DNA of 64,000 nt, taken from the NCBI GenBank assembly GCA_036394995.1, contig DASWED010000125.1:341-64340 (forward strand), written 5' to 3'. Below the pieces are notes generated by a model. It was not told where the DNA came from, did not search any database, and was given only the letters and a program-made list of their open reading frames with translations. The translations under genes and the position numbers were made by a program. The DNA comes from Actinomycetota bacterium (GTDB taxonomy: Bacteria > Actinomycetota > UBA4738 > JACQTL01). This document shows positions 1-8,730 of this stretch, piece after piece (positions within the stretch are counted from its first letter, which is position 1; every line of letters begins with the position of its first letter).

Positions 1-740
1 CCCGGGAGCAGGTCCCCGGCGTCCTCGCCACGGGCCCGAGCCGCCCGCTGGCTCCTCCGGTCGTGGACGTAGCCCAGCTCGCCGATGCCCTGGTAGCCCG
101 CCCACCCGTCGGTGATCACCGCGGCACCGGGCTCGACGTGGTCGGTCAGGAACGCCCGCAGCGATGGCCCGGACGCATCGGGGAGGATCGCCATCCGGCA
201 TCGCCCGTAGCCCTTCGGCTCCCGGAGCTCCACACCCACTCCCACCAGGGCTTTCTTCCCCCTGGCCCGGCCACCTCGGAGCCCCGGCTCCTCTCCGCCG
301 ATGTAGGTCTCGTCCACCTCCACCATCCCTGCCAGGCGCTCCCGGCCCGGGCGCACCAGCACCGAGCGCACCCGGTGCAACATGGCCCACGCCGTCTGGT
401 ACGAGCCGATCTCCAGGGTTCGCTGCAGGCTCTGCGCCGACAGCCCGTCCTTCTGCGTGGCGAACAGCCAGCACGCCATGAACCACACCGTCAGCGGGGT
501 GCGGGTCCGGTCGAAGATCGTCCCGGCGGTCACCGACGTTCGGGCTCCGCACCCACCACACTTGATGCGAGCGTCCTCCAGCCGCCAGCCGCCCGGGCGA
601 CCGCAGTGCGGGCAGACGAAGCCGTCCGGCCACCGCAACCACTCCAGGTAATCCAGGCAGTCGGCGTCGGTTCGGAACCAGGCCAACAGATCACCGGTCG
701 AGGCCGGGTAGTGCAAGCCGCCATTCGGCGTCGACCTCAT
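1..740 (-). mobile_element. IS1595-family (ISXO2-like) transposase gene, first ~246 codons; the ORF continues past the window start
   Basis: My own minus-strand translation from ATG at 740: MRSTPNGGLHYPASTGDLLAWFRTDADCLDYLEWLRWPDGFVCPHCG..IKCGGCGARTSVTAGTIFDRTRTPLTVWF..VEVDETYIGG..ITDGWAGY. This shows a zinc ribbon plus an IS1595-type DDE core. It is absent from the ORF track because there is no stop inside the window. Confidence 0.8.
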
Positions 741-1011
741 CGCTCCGAAGCCTACCCCAGCGTGGTCCGGTTACATGGATACCCCCAAGGCGGCTTTTGC
801 CTGCCGACCGCACGGAGGAGGTCGTCTGCTCCTGGCGGCGACGGCGGAGGAGCGCCGTCGTTCCGAGACCGATGGTCAGCCCGAAGAGCGCGTGTTCGGC
901 GATGAACGTGCCCCGCCCGGCCAGGGTGGGGCATGTCCCTGATGGGGCCCCGGCGTCGAACAGCGCCGCCGCGAGCGGGAGTCCGACGAACGCGCTGAAG
1001 GCCAGGGCCAC
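691..1011 (-). pseudogene. Small membrane-protein ORF that reads into the IS/transposase start region (possibly disrupted by the insertion)
   Basis: ORF track 691..1011. It has hydrophobic segments VALAFSAFVGLPLAAALF and ALFGLTIGLGTTALL, then RRRRQEQ. The frame stays open across position 740 and stops at 691. Confidence 0.25.
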
Positions 1012-1219
1012 GAACCCGAGGACGATCCCAGCCGGAACGCAGAGGTGAACGACCTGCGGCTTCGTTCACGATCGGACGAAGTGTGTCGACGACGGCTGAA
1101 GACTGAGCACTTCTGGCCGGTCGAAAACTGAGCACGTCCGACACCTGCACAGTCGTTCGACCGACCTCCGGTCCAACCGAGACCGGAGGGCCGAGAGCTC
1201 CGACTCGTGACGTACCATC

Positions 1220-1564
1220 GTGTTCGTGGCGTACGACGAGGAACTCGCGGATCGGATCCGCGCGCTGCTCGGCGGCGAGCCCGATCTGACCGAGATGAAG
1301 ATGTTCGGCGGGCTCGGGTTTCTGATCGGGGGCAACATGGCCGTCGCGGCAAGCGGCCAGGGTGGCGTGCTGGTTCGCGTCGACCCTGCCCGGTCGGACA
1401 GGCTCCTCGCCACGACGAACGCCCGTCTCATGGAGATGCGCGGCCGGGGGATGCAGGGGTGGCTCCGGGTCGCCGCGAACGATGTCCGGACCAAGCAGCA
1501 GCTCGCGAAGTGGGTACGGCTCGGCGCGACGTACGCCCGTTCGCTTCCCCCGAAGCGACCATGA
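1220..1564 (+). CDS. TfoX/Sxy N-terminal domain family protein
   Basis: 114 aa: YDEELADRIRALL..TEMKMFGGLGFLIGGNMAVAASGQGGVLVRV..W, a typical TfoX_N pattern. GTG start; an alternative GTG lies 6 nt downstream. Confidence 0.8.
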   Translation: MFVAYDEELADRIRALLGGEPDLTEMKMFGGLGFLIGGNMAVAASGQGGVLVRVDPARSDRLLATTNARLMEMRGRGMQGWLRVAANDVRTKQQLAKWVRLGATYARSLPPKRP

Positions 1565-1654
1565 GCGCGAACCAGGTACGGCCGGCCCGTCATGAGGTGC
1601 CAGACCCCAGCGCAGACCAAAGGCGCGCGTCGACGAAGACTGCGCGGTCTGACA

Positions 1655-1815
1655 TCCAAAGACCGCCAGGAGGACCTGCTGGCCTTGAACGGGCTCATCG
1701 AGGCCGGCAAGGTCGAGCCGGTCATCGACAGGACCTACCCCCTCAGCGAGGCCCCCGAAGCCATCCGGTACCTGGCGGAGGGCACGCCCGAGGGAAGGTC
1801 GTCATCACCGTGTGA
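1655..1815 (+). pseudogene. C-terminal remnant of a zinc-type/MDR NAD(P)H-quinone oxidoreductase, 5'-truncated and frameshifted
   Basis: Frame 1 reads ..QEDLLALNGLIEAGKVEPVIDRTYPLSEAPEAIRYLAEG. The canonical ending HARGKVVITV* follows in the adjacent frame (end of ORF 1207..1815). This fits a 1-nt deletion in GAGGG(C)CACGCC. No N-terminal two-thirds is present. Confidence 0.6.
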
Positions 1816-1885
1816 GGCCACGTCGTCCTCCTCCGCGGGCGGGAGGAGTCAGGCCTGAGCCAGGATCTCGTAGATCTTCCGCCGT

Positions 1886-2257
1886 CTACGACGTCGCGCC
1901 CAGTTGCGAGCCGATCGAATCGCGCAGCGCGAGCGCCGCGCTCAACGGGCGCACCATGACCGTGAAGTCGTCGATGAGCCCTTCCGCGTTGGTGTGGATC
2001 ATGTCGATCCCCTCGACCTCACGGTCGCCCACGCGGGTGCGAAAGTGCAGCACGGTACCGCCGTCGCCCTCGAACTCGGCGACGTAGCGAAAGTCCTCGA
2101 AGGTCCGGAAGAGGAGCGAGAAGAGCGCCGCGACAGCGTCCTTTCCCTGAAAGGGTTTGAAGGTCACCGGGCTGTGCAACACGACGTCTGGCGCCAGCGT
2201 CGCGACTGCGCCGTCAAGATCGCCAGCCTCCACCGCCTTCTTGAACGCGATGGCCAT
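1886..2257 (-). CDS. SnoaL-like / NTF2-fold protein
   Basis: Internal ATG at 2257 of ORF 1886..2545: MAIAFKKAVEAGDLDGAVATLAPDVVLHSPVTFKPFQGKDAVAALF..EGIDMIHTNAEGLIDDFTVMVRP. Confidence 0.7.
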   Translation of the reverse strand: MAIAFKKAVEAGDLDGAVATLAPDVVLHSPVTFKPFQGKDAVAALFSLLFRTFEDFRYVAEFEGDGGTVLHFRTRVGDREVEGIDMIHTNAEGLIDDFTVMVRPLSAALALRDSIGSQLGATS

Positions 2258-2366
2258 GGGTGCCTCCTCGGGTTGGTCCGAAACTGTACAGGTGCACCGG
2301 GCCGCGGCGAGCGAGCCGAGCATCCGGTAGCCCCCGCCCGCAGGTGGGGCGCCGGCCACGTTCTGG

Positions 2367-3809
2367 TCAGCAACGCCGACCGGGCAGAAGCGATGGTCCG
2401 GAGATCTGTCTCGCGGTGACCGTCGAGCCCCGCCCGACGTCGTCCGTCCACGCCGTATGGGCCATGCCGCAGGCGTCGATGACGAGGCCCTGGAAGTCAC
2501 GGAGGCCCCAGTCGTATTGCGAGGAACCCGGGTTCCCGGACGCATCGATGCTCCCGACGTGCGTCACATCGCTCAACCGGCTTCTCGTGAAGGTGGGACG
2601 CGCGGCGACGGCGTCCACGCTCTGCGCGAACATCTCGACCCACCTCGAATGCGGATCGGTGAAGTTCGGCGATCGCGAGCCGTACCACGAAACGTCCACA
2701 CGGCCTGGCGCCCCTGCCGCGAGGGCCGGCATCACGTTGGAGCGCAGAGCCCCGGAGTCGACCCGAACGGGCCGGCTCCAGTGCTCGCCGTGATCCGTGG
2801 AGTGGATGAGGAAGATGTGGGTCTGTGCACTGTCCCCGAGTCGGAGCGAGAAGGCCGCGTACAGCGTTCCCGCCCCGTCGATCGCCGACGCCGGAATGAC
2901 GTGACCGAGGCTTCCCCCCGCGGCCGAGGGGCCGAAGGCGCCCGTGATGTCGAGGACGAGCCGGTTGCTCCAGCTCCGTCCGGCATCGTCCGATTCCGCC
3001 AACCACAGCTGCGTGAGCGGGAAGTCACGAAGCGGCTCCTGGGAGGCCGCTGGCGCCGCGCCGACGGCGCTGGCCTCGTAGAGCATGTAGGTCCGGTCGT
3101 GGTTCGCCGTATCGAACAGCGGGCGGCTCGTCAGTTCGATCGAGCCGGCGTGATCCACGCCCGTGACGAGCGTGGGGCCGGAGAAGATGTGCGCATGGTC
3201 CGTGGAGATCCACGCCACCACGTCACCGGCCCCCTCGCTGTTCGTCACGTAGACGCGACCCGGCCGGTACGGGTCGGGGACGAGCCATGGCCTGTCGGGC
3301 TGGTCGACTCCGTGGGGCAGTGGAAACGTCGCCGGACCCGCCCAGTGGCGCCGATCCAGCGACGAGTACACGAGGATCGTGGGATTCGTGGGCTGCTGCG
3401 GGGGGTCCTGGAAGGCCAGATTCAGGACGTACTGGTATCCGTCGGGTCCGAACGCGGCGTCCGCATCCCCGGTCATCGCCCCGGTGGTGTCGAAGTCCTG
3501 GCCCGAGCCCCAGTGTCTCCCGCCGTCGGAGGAGACCCACCAGGTGGGGTAGCCCGCGTTGGCCCGGGCCGCATCGACGACGAGGACGCGGTGGGGTCCG
3601 ACGGCGATGCCCGGCTCTCCGAACGAGGCGCGATGTCCTCCGGCTGCAGGAGGCAGGGTGAGGATCCGCCACGCCAGGGGGCGGTCGTCCGCCACATCGC
3701 GCACCGGCAGGGCCGTGGCACCAGGCCGGCCGGCTCCTCCCGCGAGCATGGTGACCGCTGCTGCCGCGGCGAGAGTCACCAACAGGACTGCGACGGGCCG
3801 ATTCTTCAT
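2367..3809 (-). CDS. Secreted BNR/Asp-box repeat protein (sialidase-like beta-propeller fold)
   Basis: 480 aa. N-terminal signal-like MKNRPVAVLLVTLAAAAAVTMLAG. Asp-box motifs SSDGGRHW, SDDAGRSW and STDHGEHW. Paralogous in layout to 40481..42136. Confidence 0.8.
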   Translation of the reverse strand: MKNRPVAVLLVTLAAAAAVTMLAGGAGRPGATALPVRDVADDRPLAWRILTLPPAAGGHRASFGEPGIAVGPHRVLVVDAARANAGYPTWWVSSDGGRHWGSGQDFDTTGAMTGDADAAFGPDGYQYVLNLAFQDPPQQPTNPTILVYSSLDRRHWAGPATFPLPHGVDQPDRPWLVPDPYRPGRVYVTNSEGAGDVVAWISTDHAHIFSGPTLVTGVDHAGSIELTSRPLFDTANHDRTYMLYEASAVGAAPAASQEPLRDFPLTQLWLAESDDAGRSWSNRLVLDITGAFGPSAAGGSLGHVIPASAIDGAGTLYAAFSLRLGDSAQTHIFLIHSTDHGEHWSRPVRVDSGALRSNVMPALAAGAPGRVDVSWYGSRSPNFTDPHSRWVEMFAQSVDAVAARPTFTRSRLSDVTHVGSIDASGNPGSSQYDWGLRDFQGLVIDACGMAHTAWTDDVGRGSTVTARQISGPSLLPGRRC

Positions 3810-3930
3810 GCTGCGGTGCGCTCCCAGGGACGGCGCTCACCCATGAGGGACTCTCCTTGTTCCCCTTGGGGGGTCGTGCGAAACTGCCGAGGCGCCCGCT
3901 GCGAGGCGGCGACCCATCCAGAAGGCGGGC

Positions 3931-4099
3931 TTACCCGGCCTTGCCGCTGGGCGGAAGATTCAGCGGGCCGGTCAGATATCGCTGCAGGGTGGGACCGAAG
4001 ATGGAGCACACGGTCTCGGGCGAGGCTGAGGCGATCGGCTCCACCTTGGGCACGTAGCGGTAGAACGCGAGTCCGACCACCTGCGATCCGACCGCGCTC
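3931..4099 (-). pseudogene. C-terminal remnant of a TetR-family regulator
   Basis: The tail of ORF 3931..4332 reads LSAVGSQVVGLAFYRYVPKVEPIASASPETVCSIFGPTLQRYLTG, typical of actinobacterial TetR C-termini. The padR-like gene occupies everything upstream, and no HTH part is present. Confidence 0.4.
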
Positions 4100-4102
4100 A
4101 GG

Positions 4103-4681
4103 TCACGCCTCGGCGAGGACCTCGTAGATCTTCCGGCGGGCTTCCGTGAGGATCTGGGTGGCCTTCTCCACCTGCTCCTGGTCCCCGGCACGGGCGACCT
4201 GCATCGCCGCCCCGGCCAGCTGGAAGCCGGCCTCGCGGAGCTTGGCGAACCCCTCAGGCACCCCGCCGTGGTCCCATGGATCGGCGCCGCCGGCGCGCTC
4301 GCGGCGCCCCTGGAGCTCCGTTCGCCCCGCATCGGTCACCGAGTAGACCTTCTTGCCGTCCTGCTCCTCGCTGGTCACGAGGCTCTCGTCCTCGAGCATC
4401 TGCAGGGTCGGGTAGACGGAACCGGGGCTCGGGCTCCACATGCCGCCGCTCCGCTCCTCGAGCTCGCGGATCACCTCGTAGCCGTGCAGCGGCTTCTCCG
4501 CGAGCACCCCCAGTACCGCGGTGCGGACATCCCCCCGGCGGGCCCGGCGCCCCGCCCAGGGGGCACGGCCGAAGAAGACATCGCCCCACGGCCCCCGGTG
4601 ACCCCAGAACGGGGGTCCCGGCGGGCGGTGATGGAAGTGGCCCACGCCCCAGCCTCTCTCGTGCTCTCCTGCTCCATGCAT
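4103..4681 (-). CDS. PadR family transcriptional regulator
   Basis: ATG at 4681 preceded by GGAAGGAGGA. RRGDVRTAVLGVLAEKPLHGYEVIRELEERSGGMWSPSPGSVYPTLQMLEDESLVTS is a winged-helix PadR signature. Confidence 0.85.
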   Translation of the reverse strand: MHGAGEHERGWGVGHFHHRPPGPPFWGHRGPWGDVFFGRAPWAGRRARRGDVRTAVLGVLAEKPLHGYEVIRELEERSGGMWSPSPGSVYPTLQMLEDESLVTSEEQDGKKVYSVTDAGRTELQGRRERAGGADPWDHGGVPEGFAKLREAGFQLAGAAMQVARAGDQEQVEKATQILTEARRKIYEVLAEA

Positions 4682-4725
4682 CCCGTCCTCCTTCCCGCGC
4701 GCACGGCCCTGTTCTCGTGCGCTCG

Positions 4726-4741
4726 CGATATATCGTAATAG
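4726..4741. promoter_or_regulatory. AT-rich palindrome CGATATATCG followed by TAATAG, upstream of the padR-like gene
   Basis: This is the only AT-rich patch in the 4682-4888 intergenic region. The 10-bp palindrome at 4726-4735 is perfect and lies 45-60 nt upstream of the padR start. Candidate -10 element or operator. Confidence 0.3.
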
Positions 4742-4888
4742 CTCGGCGCGAAACTTGCCTAGCGTACGGTCCATGGTCTTCGCGCAGGGGCGCCAACGAT
4801 GGGCCTGGTGTCCACGATCCAGGTGCTGCAGACCCACAACATCATCGAGGGGTGATCCGCGCCGCGGGGCCCGGTGCTCCCCGCCGTT

Positions 4889-5220
4889 CTACCGCGTGGT
4901 CACCCGCTGCACCTGGATGAAGTCGCTCGCCCCGTTGACCGTGAACACCGTGAAGGTCTCGAGGCCATGCACGGGGGAGTGGATCTGGATCGTGAACGAG
5001 CGGTGTTGGTGGCGTCGACCACCCCTCCGGTCGCGGCCGCGCCGTCCAGGGTGAGCGGGACGGTGCTCGGCAGGAAGTCCCTCGCGTTCTTTCCGTACAG
5101 TCGGTCGACGTTGAGCTTGGCCACCTTGATCCCCGAGTTGACCGTGAGGGGGCGGCGATCCGACTCCGACGGTGAGGCCGCCGAGCCCGCTTCGGGCAGC
5201 CGGCTGGGTGTCCCTGCCAT
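4889..5220 (-). pseudogene. Hypothetical protein gene with an apparent 1-nt frameshift near 4998-5006
   Basis: From ATG 5220: MAGTPSRLPEAG..LTVNSGIKVAKLNVDRLYGKNARDFLPSTVPLTLDGAAATGGVVDATNT. High-GC3 coding then continues in another frame as SFTIQIHSPVHGLETFTVFTVNGASDFIQVQRVTTR*, with the stop at 4889-4891. Confidence 0.35.
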
Positions 5221-5340
5221 CTCCACGGAGTGTCCAGTGCCCGCCTGTTCGATAATGGTCGGGGGTGCGACCGGTCGGTTGACCTGAGCGCCCCGCTCGC
5301 CGCCTTCCGGCTCGAACGGCGCGACCCCAGGAGGACCGTG

Positions 5341-5739
5341 ATGTCGAAGGAGAGCGTGGATCTCATCCGCGCCGCGTACGAGGCGTACGCGCGAGGAGAC
5401 CTGGCGACGATGCTCCAGCACGTCGACCAGGACGTGGAGTGGACGTACCTCGATCCCGGCATCGAGGATCCGGAACCGCAGGTGTGCCATGGCCGCCACG
5501 AGCTGGAACATGCGCTCCGGCGCCAGGCGGAACGCGGTCTGCGGGCCGAGCTCGACGAGGTGGTGGGCAACGGCGACCGGGTCATGGTCATCGCCCGAAC
5601 GCCGGGCATCGATGCGTATCGGGTGTCGAAGGAGGGCGACCGGAACTACACCGTGTTCACCGTGCGGGGAGGCAGGATCGTTGCCCTCCGCGATTGCCGT
5701 GACCGGGACGAGGCGCTGGCCATCGCCGGAATCGGATAG
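5341..5739 (+). CDS. SnoaL-like / ketosteroid-isomerase-like (NTF2 fold) protein
   Basis: ATG 5341 after AGGAGG. MSKESVDLIRAAYEAYARGDLATMLQHVDQDVEWTY..VFTVRGGRIVALRDCRDRDEAL. Confidence 0.8.
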   Translation: MSKESVDLIRAAYEAYARGDLATMLQHVDQDVEWTYLDPGIEDPEPQVCHGRHELEHALRRQAERGLRAELDEVVGNGDRVMVIARTPGIDAYRVSKEGDRNYTVFTVRGGRIVALRDCRDRDEALAIAGIG

Positions 5740-5843
5740 CTGACGGCGAGGAACATGGCCCACGACATCCGGATCTCTCGCTCCGGCACCCGTTCCTGCT
5801 GGCGGGCCAGCTGGCCGTCGCGCAGGCGGTCTCGGGCGGGCGG

Positions 5844-6359
5844 GTGGAGGTGGGAATCGGGGCCGGCTCCCACCACTTCGCGCGCCATGACCACCGGGTC
5901 ACCGGCATCCCTTTCCCCCCGTACGCCGAGCGGATGGCGCGGGTCGAGGCGTGCTGCCGGATCCTTCCGGCCCTGTGGCGTGGCGAGAACGTCATCGACG
6001 AGGCGATGGGGCTGACGGGGGCCTCGCTGGGGCCGGTGGGGGTCGTCCCCCCGCCGATCCTCATGGGAGGCACCAGCGACCGGGCCCTCGACATCGCGGC
6101 CCGTTACGCGGACGGGTGGCACGCTCCGGGCATGGGGCCGGATCAGTTCGCCGACGTCACGCGGAGGCTGGACCGGGCCTGCGAGGACCTCGGACGCCAA
6201 CCCCTCCGGAAGAGCACGCAGCTCCGTCTGGACGATCTCCCGCATGCCCGCGAATGGGTCGAGCGCTTCGCCGAGGCGGGGGCTTCGACCGTCGTGTTCG
6301 TGCTCGACGCCGAACAGGACCGGGACTGGGTGGGCCGCCTGGCGGACGCGGTCCTGTAG
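5844..6359 (+). CDS. LLM-class (luciferase-like) flavin/F420-dependent oxidoreductase, C-terminal ~60% only (N-terminally truncated, likely a remnant)
   Basis: The in-frame sequence upstream of GTG 5844 reads HPFLLAGQLAVAQAVSGGRVEVGIGAG, the mid-protein LLM motif. The frame is closed by a stop at 5700-5702 inside the preceding gene, so about 100 N-terminal residues are missing. Confidence 0.55.
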   Translation: MEVGIGAGSHHFARHDHRVTGIPFPPYAERMARVEACCRILPALWRGENVIDEAMGLTGASLGPVGVVPPPILMGGTSDRALDIAARYADGWHAPGMGPDQFADVTRRLDRACEDLGRQPLRKSTQLRLDDLPHAREWVERFAEAGASTVVFVLDAEQDRDWVGRLADAVL

Positions 6360-6440
6360 CGCGACACTCCGCCCGGAACCCGTCGGCCCCGCGGGCCCGG
6401 AACGAACGACCCTCCGCCGTTCGGCCGGTCGCCGGGTGGT

Positions 6441-7793
6441 CTACTCGCGGGGCCATTCGACGCCGGCCCAGGGATCGTAGTCGACCTCCAGGGGCTCCTG
6501 CGCCGGACGCTGCTGCTCGGGCACGTGGCGGAGGTTGACGCGGATCCTGGTCCACGTCGTGCTCCGTCCTCGCATGGCGTCGACCAGCACGTCGGCCGGT
6601 TCGAGGTGGTCCACGACCTCCGGGTGGCGGGCCTTCCATCGCTCCAGGCCGTCCAGGGCCTGGGCCTGGGTGGCCGCCCGGGCGATCTCCACGAGCGGCA
6701 TCGTGGTCCGCCGACGTCCGGTGGGGCCGGCCGACTTGCCCGGCGCGGGGGGCGGCACGATCCCCTCGGGGCCTCGGTCGTCGTCCCCGCCGGGGCGCCG
6801 CTTCGACGGCTGGACCCGCCTGGGCTCGCCGGGCGCCTTGGGGAACTGCGGGGGCCACGGCGCGTCGCCGAACCCGGCGCGTTCGTGCTCGGCGGACAGC
6901 TCGAGGAGCGGTTCGAGGGAGCCGGCCGCCTCGTCGATCCCCTCGGCCGGGTCGCCGATCGAAGCGAACCTGGCCGGCATGGTCTCGACGGTGAACGCCG
7001 AAGGGTCGCACCCCGGCACCTCGTCCCACCGCAGTGGCGCCGAGACGCGCGCGTCGGGCGTGGGGCGCACCGAGTATGCGGATGCCACCGTGCGGTCCTT
7101 CGCGTTCTGGTTGTAGTCGAGGAACACCCCGTGGCGCTCCTCCTTCCACCACTTGCTGGTGGCGAGGTCCGGGACCCGCCGTTCTACTTCCCGGGCCACG
7201 GCCAGCGCCGCCCGGCGAACCTCGGGGAACGTCCACCGGGGCTCGATCCGTGCGTACACGTGGAATCCCTTCGACCCGGACGTCTTCGGCCAGGCCGTCA
7301 GGCCGAACTCCTCCATGACCTCGCGGCTGGCCAGCGCGACGTCGACGATCTGGGGCCACTCGATCCCGGGCATGGGGTCAAGGTCGACGCGCAGCTCGTC
7401 CGGGTGGTCGAGGTCGTCCGCCCGCACCGGGTGCGGGTTGAGGTCGATGCACCCCAGGTTCACGACCCAGGCGAGCTGTGCGGCGTTGCGCACGACGACC
7501 TCGTTCGCCGTCCGTCCCGACGGGAACGCCAGTTCCACCGTCTCGATCCACGGCGGCCGCGACTCCGGCGCCCGCTTCTGGAAGAAGAACTCGCCCTCGG
7601 CCCCGTTCACGTACCGCTTCATGGCCATGGGCCGGCCGTCCACCCCGCGGATCGCGCCCTCGGCGACCGCCAGGTAGTACCGCACGAGGTCGAGCTTCGT
7701 GTGACCCGTCCTCGGGAAGAACACCTTGTCCGGATTCGAGATCTTCACCTCGATCCCGTCGAGATCGAGGAACTCCTCCTTCCGCCCGGCCAT
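6441..7793 (-). CDS. LigD-type NHEJ polymerase/primase domain protein with a ~110-aa C-terminal extension
   Basis: ATG 7793. ISNPDKVFFP..TKLDLVRYY..WVVNLGCIDLNPHPVR..DELRVDLDP..WPKTSGSKGFHVYARI..GVFLDYNQNAKDRTVASAYSVRP, the LigD PolDom motifs. Confidence 0.85.
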   Translation of the reverse strand: MAGRKEEFLDLDGIEVKISNPDKVFFPRTGHTKLDLVRYYLAVAEGAIRGVDGRPMAMKRYVNGAEGEFFFQKRAPESRPPWIETVELAFPSGRTANEVVVRNAAQLAWVVNLGCIDLNPHPVRADDLDHPDELRVDLDPMPGIEWPQIVDVALASREVMEEFGLTAWPKTSGSKGFHVYARIEPRWTFPEVRRAALAVAREVERRVPDLATSKWWKEERHGVFLDYNQNAKDRTVASAYSVRPTPDARVSAPLRWDEVPGCDPSAFTVETMPARFASIGDPAEGIDEAAGSLEPLLELSAEHERAGFGDAPWPPQFPKAPGEPRRVQPSKRRPGGDDDRGPEGIVPPPAPGKSAGPTGRRRTTMPLVEIARAATQAQALDGLERWKARHPEVVDHLEPADVLVDAMRGRSTTWTRIRVNLRHVPEQQRPAQEPLEVDYDPWAGVEWPRE

Positions 7794-7905
7794 GTCGGAC
7801 ACGATATCGGTCCGGCCCTCATCCACCGGGAGCGGGCATCGGCGACCGGGGCCGCTTCGATAGGATCGGGCGGCCCGAACGACTGGAGGGGGAGGACGAA
7901 CGGCG

Positions 7906-8730
7906 ATGGACGACCTGCCGGACGAGGTGGAGGCGCCGCGGAGGGTCCGGTTCTTCCAGGACCTGACGCCGGAGGATCTGGCGTACACGGCCACCGAGAT
8001 GATGATCGTGGCCTCGGCGAGACTTCTGGCGGGGGAGCGGGTCTGCTTCGTCGGCGTGGGCCCGCCGAACATCGCGTGCAACCTGGCCAAGCGAACGATC
8101 GCCCCCGAGCTCCAGCTCGTCTACGAGGCCGGGGTGTTCGGGGCCGAACCCGCCCGGCTGCCGCTGTCGATCGGCGATCCCTCGCTGGCCACCGGGTCGC
8201 TGGCCATCACCAGCATGTTCGAGCTGTTCGCGTTCTACCTCCAGGCCGGGCTGGTCGACGTGGGGTTCCTGGGCGCGTCGCAGATCGACCGGTTCGGGAA
8301 CATCAACACGACCGTGATCGGGGACTACCGTTCGCCGAAGGTCCGGCTGCCTGGATCGGGCGGCGCGTGCGAGATCGCGATCAACGCCCGGAAAGTGTTC
8401 GTGATCATGCCGCAGTCGAAGCGGTCGTTCGTCGAACGCATCGACTTCACGACGAGCCCCGGTCACGTGAACGGGGGGCGCCCGGCCTCGTGGCTGGGCG
8501 ACGGTCCGTCGGCGGTGGTGACCGGGCTCGGGACGTACCGGTTCGACCGGACCACCGGGGAGATGGAGCTGGCCACCATGCACCCCGGCGTGACCGTGGA
8601 TCGGGTCCGGGAACAGACGTCGTGGGAGCTGCGTGTGGCGGGCGATCTCCGGGAGACCCCGGCGCCGACGGCCGAGGAGCTCAGGCTGATCAGGGAAGAG
8701 CTCGACCCGGAGGGCGCCTACACGCGGTAG
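7906..8730 (+). CDS. CoA-transferase subunit beta (glutaconate/3-oxoacid CoA-transferase B-like)
   Basis: ATG after GGAGGGGGAGGA. MIVASARLL..VCFVGVGPPNIACNLAKRT..LVYEAGVFG..FLGASQIDRFGNINTTVIG..LPGSGGACEIA. Confidence 0.8.
   Translation: MDDLPDEVEAPRRVRFFQDLTPEDLAYTATEMMIVASARLLAGERVCFVGVGPPNIACNLAKRTIAPELQLVYEAGVFGAEPARLPLSIGDPSLATGSLAITSMFELFAFYLQAGLVDVGFLGASQIDRFGNINTTVIGDYRSPKVRLPGSGGACEIAINARKVFVIMPQSKRSFVERIDFTTSPGHVNGGRPASWLGDGPSAVVTGLGTYRFDRTTGEMELATMHPGVTVDRVREQTSWELRVAGDLRETPAPTAEELRLIREELDPEGAYTR

Noticed and set aside
1166-1188. Hairpin CTCCGGTC-caaccga-GACCGGAG, and the repeated CTGAGCAC words at 1106-1135, upstream of the TfoX-like gene
   Set aside because: This is a short 8-bp stem in GC-rich DNA with no adjacent gene end. 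It could be chance, or part of the scrambled region next to the IS. It is not enough to call a terminator or regulatory RNA.
5700-5702. In-frame TGA upstream of the truncated LLM gene, and TGA near 1069 upstream of the small membrane ORF, as further Sec codons
   Set aside because: Neither falls at a conserved Cys position. The upstream sequence overlaps another well-supported gene or has no coding signature, and there is no suitably placed hairpin. They are ordinary stops or frame boundaries.
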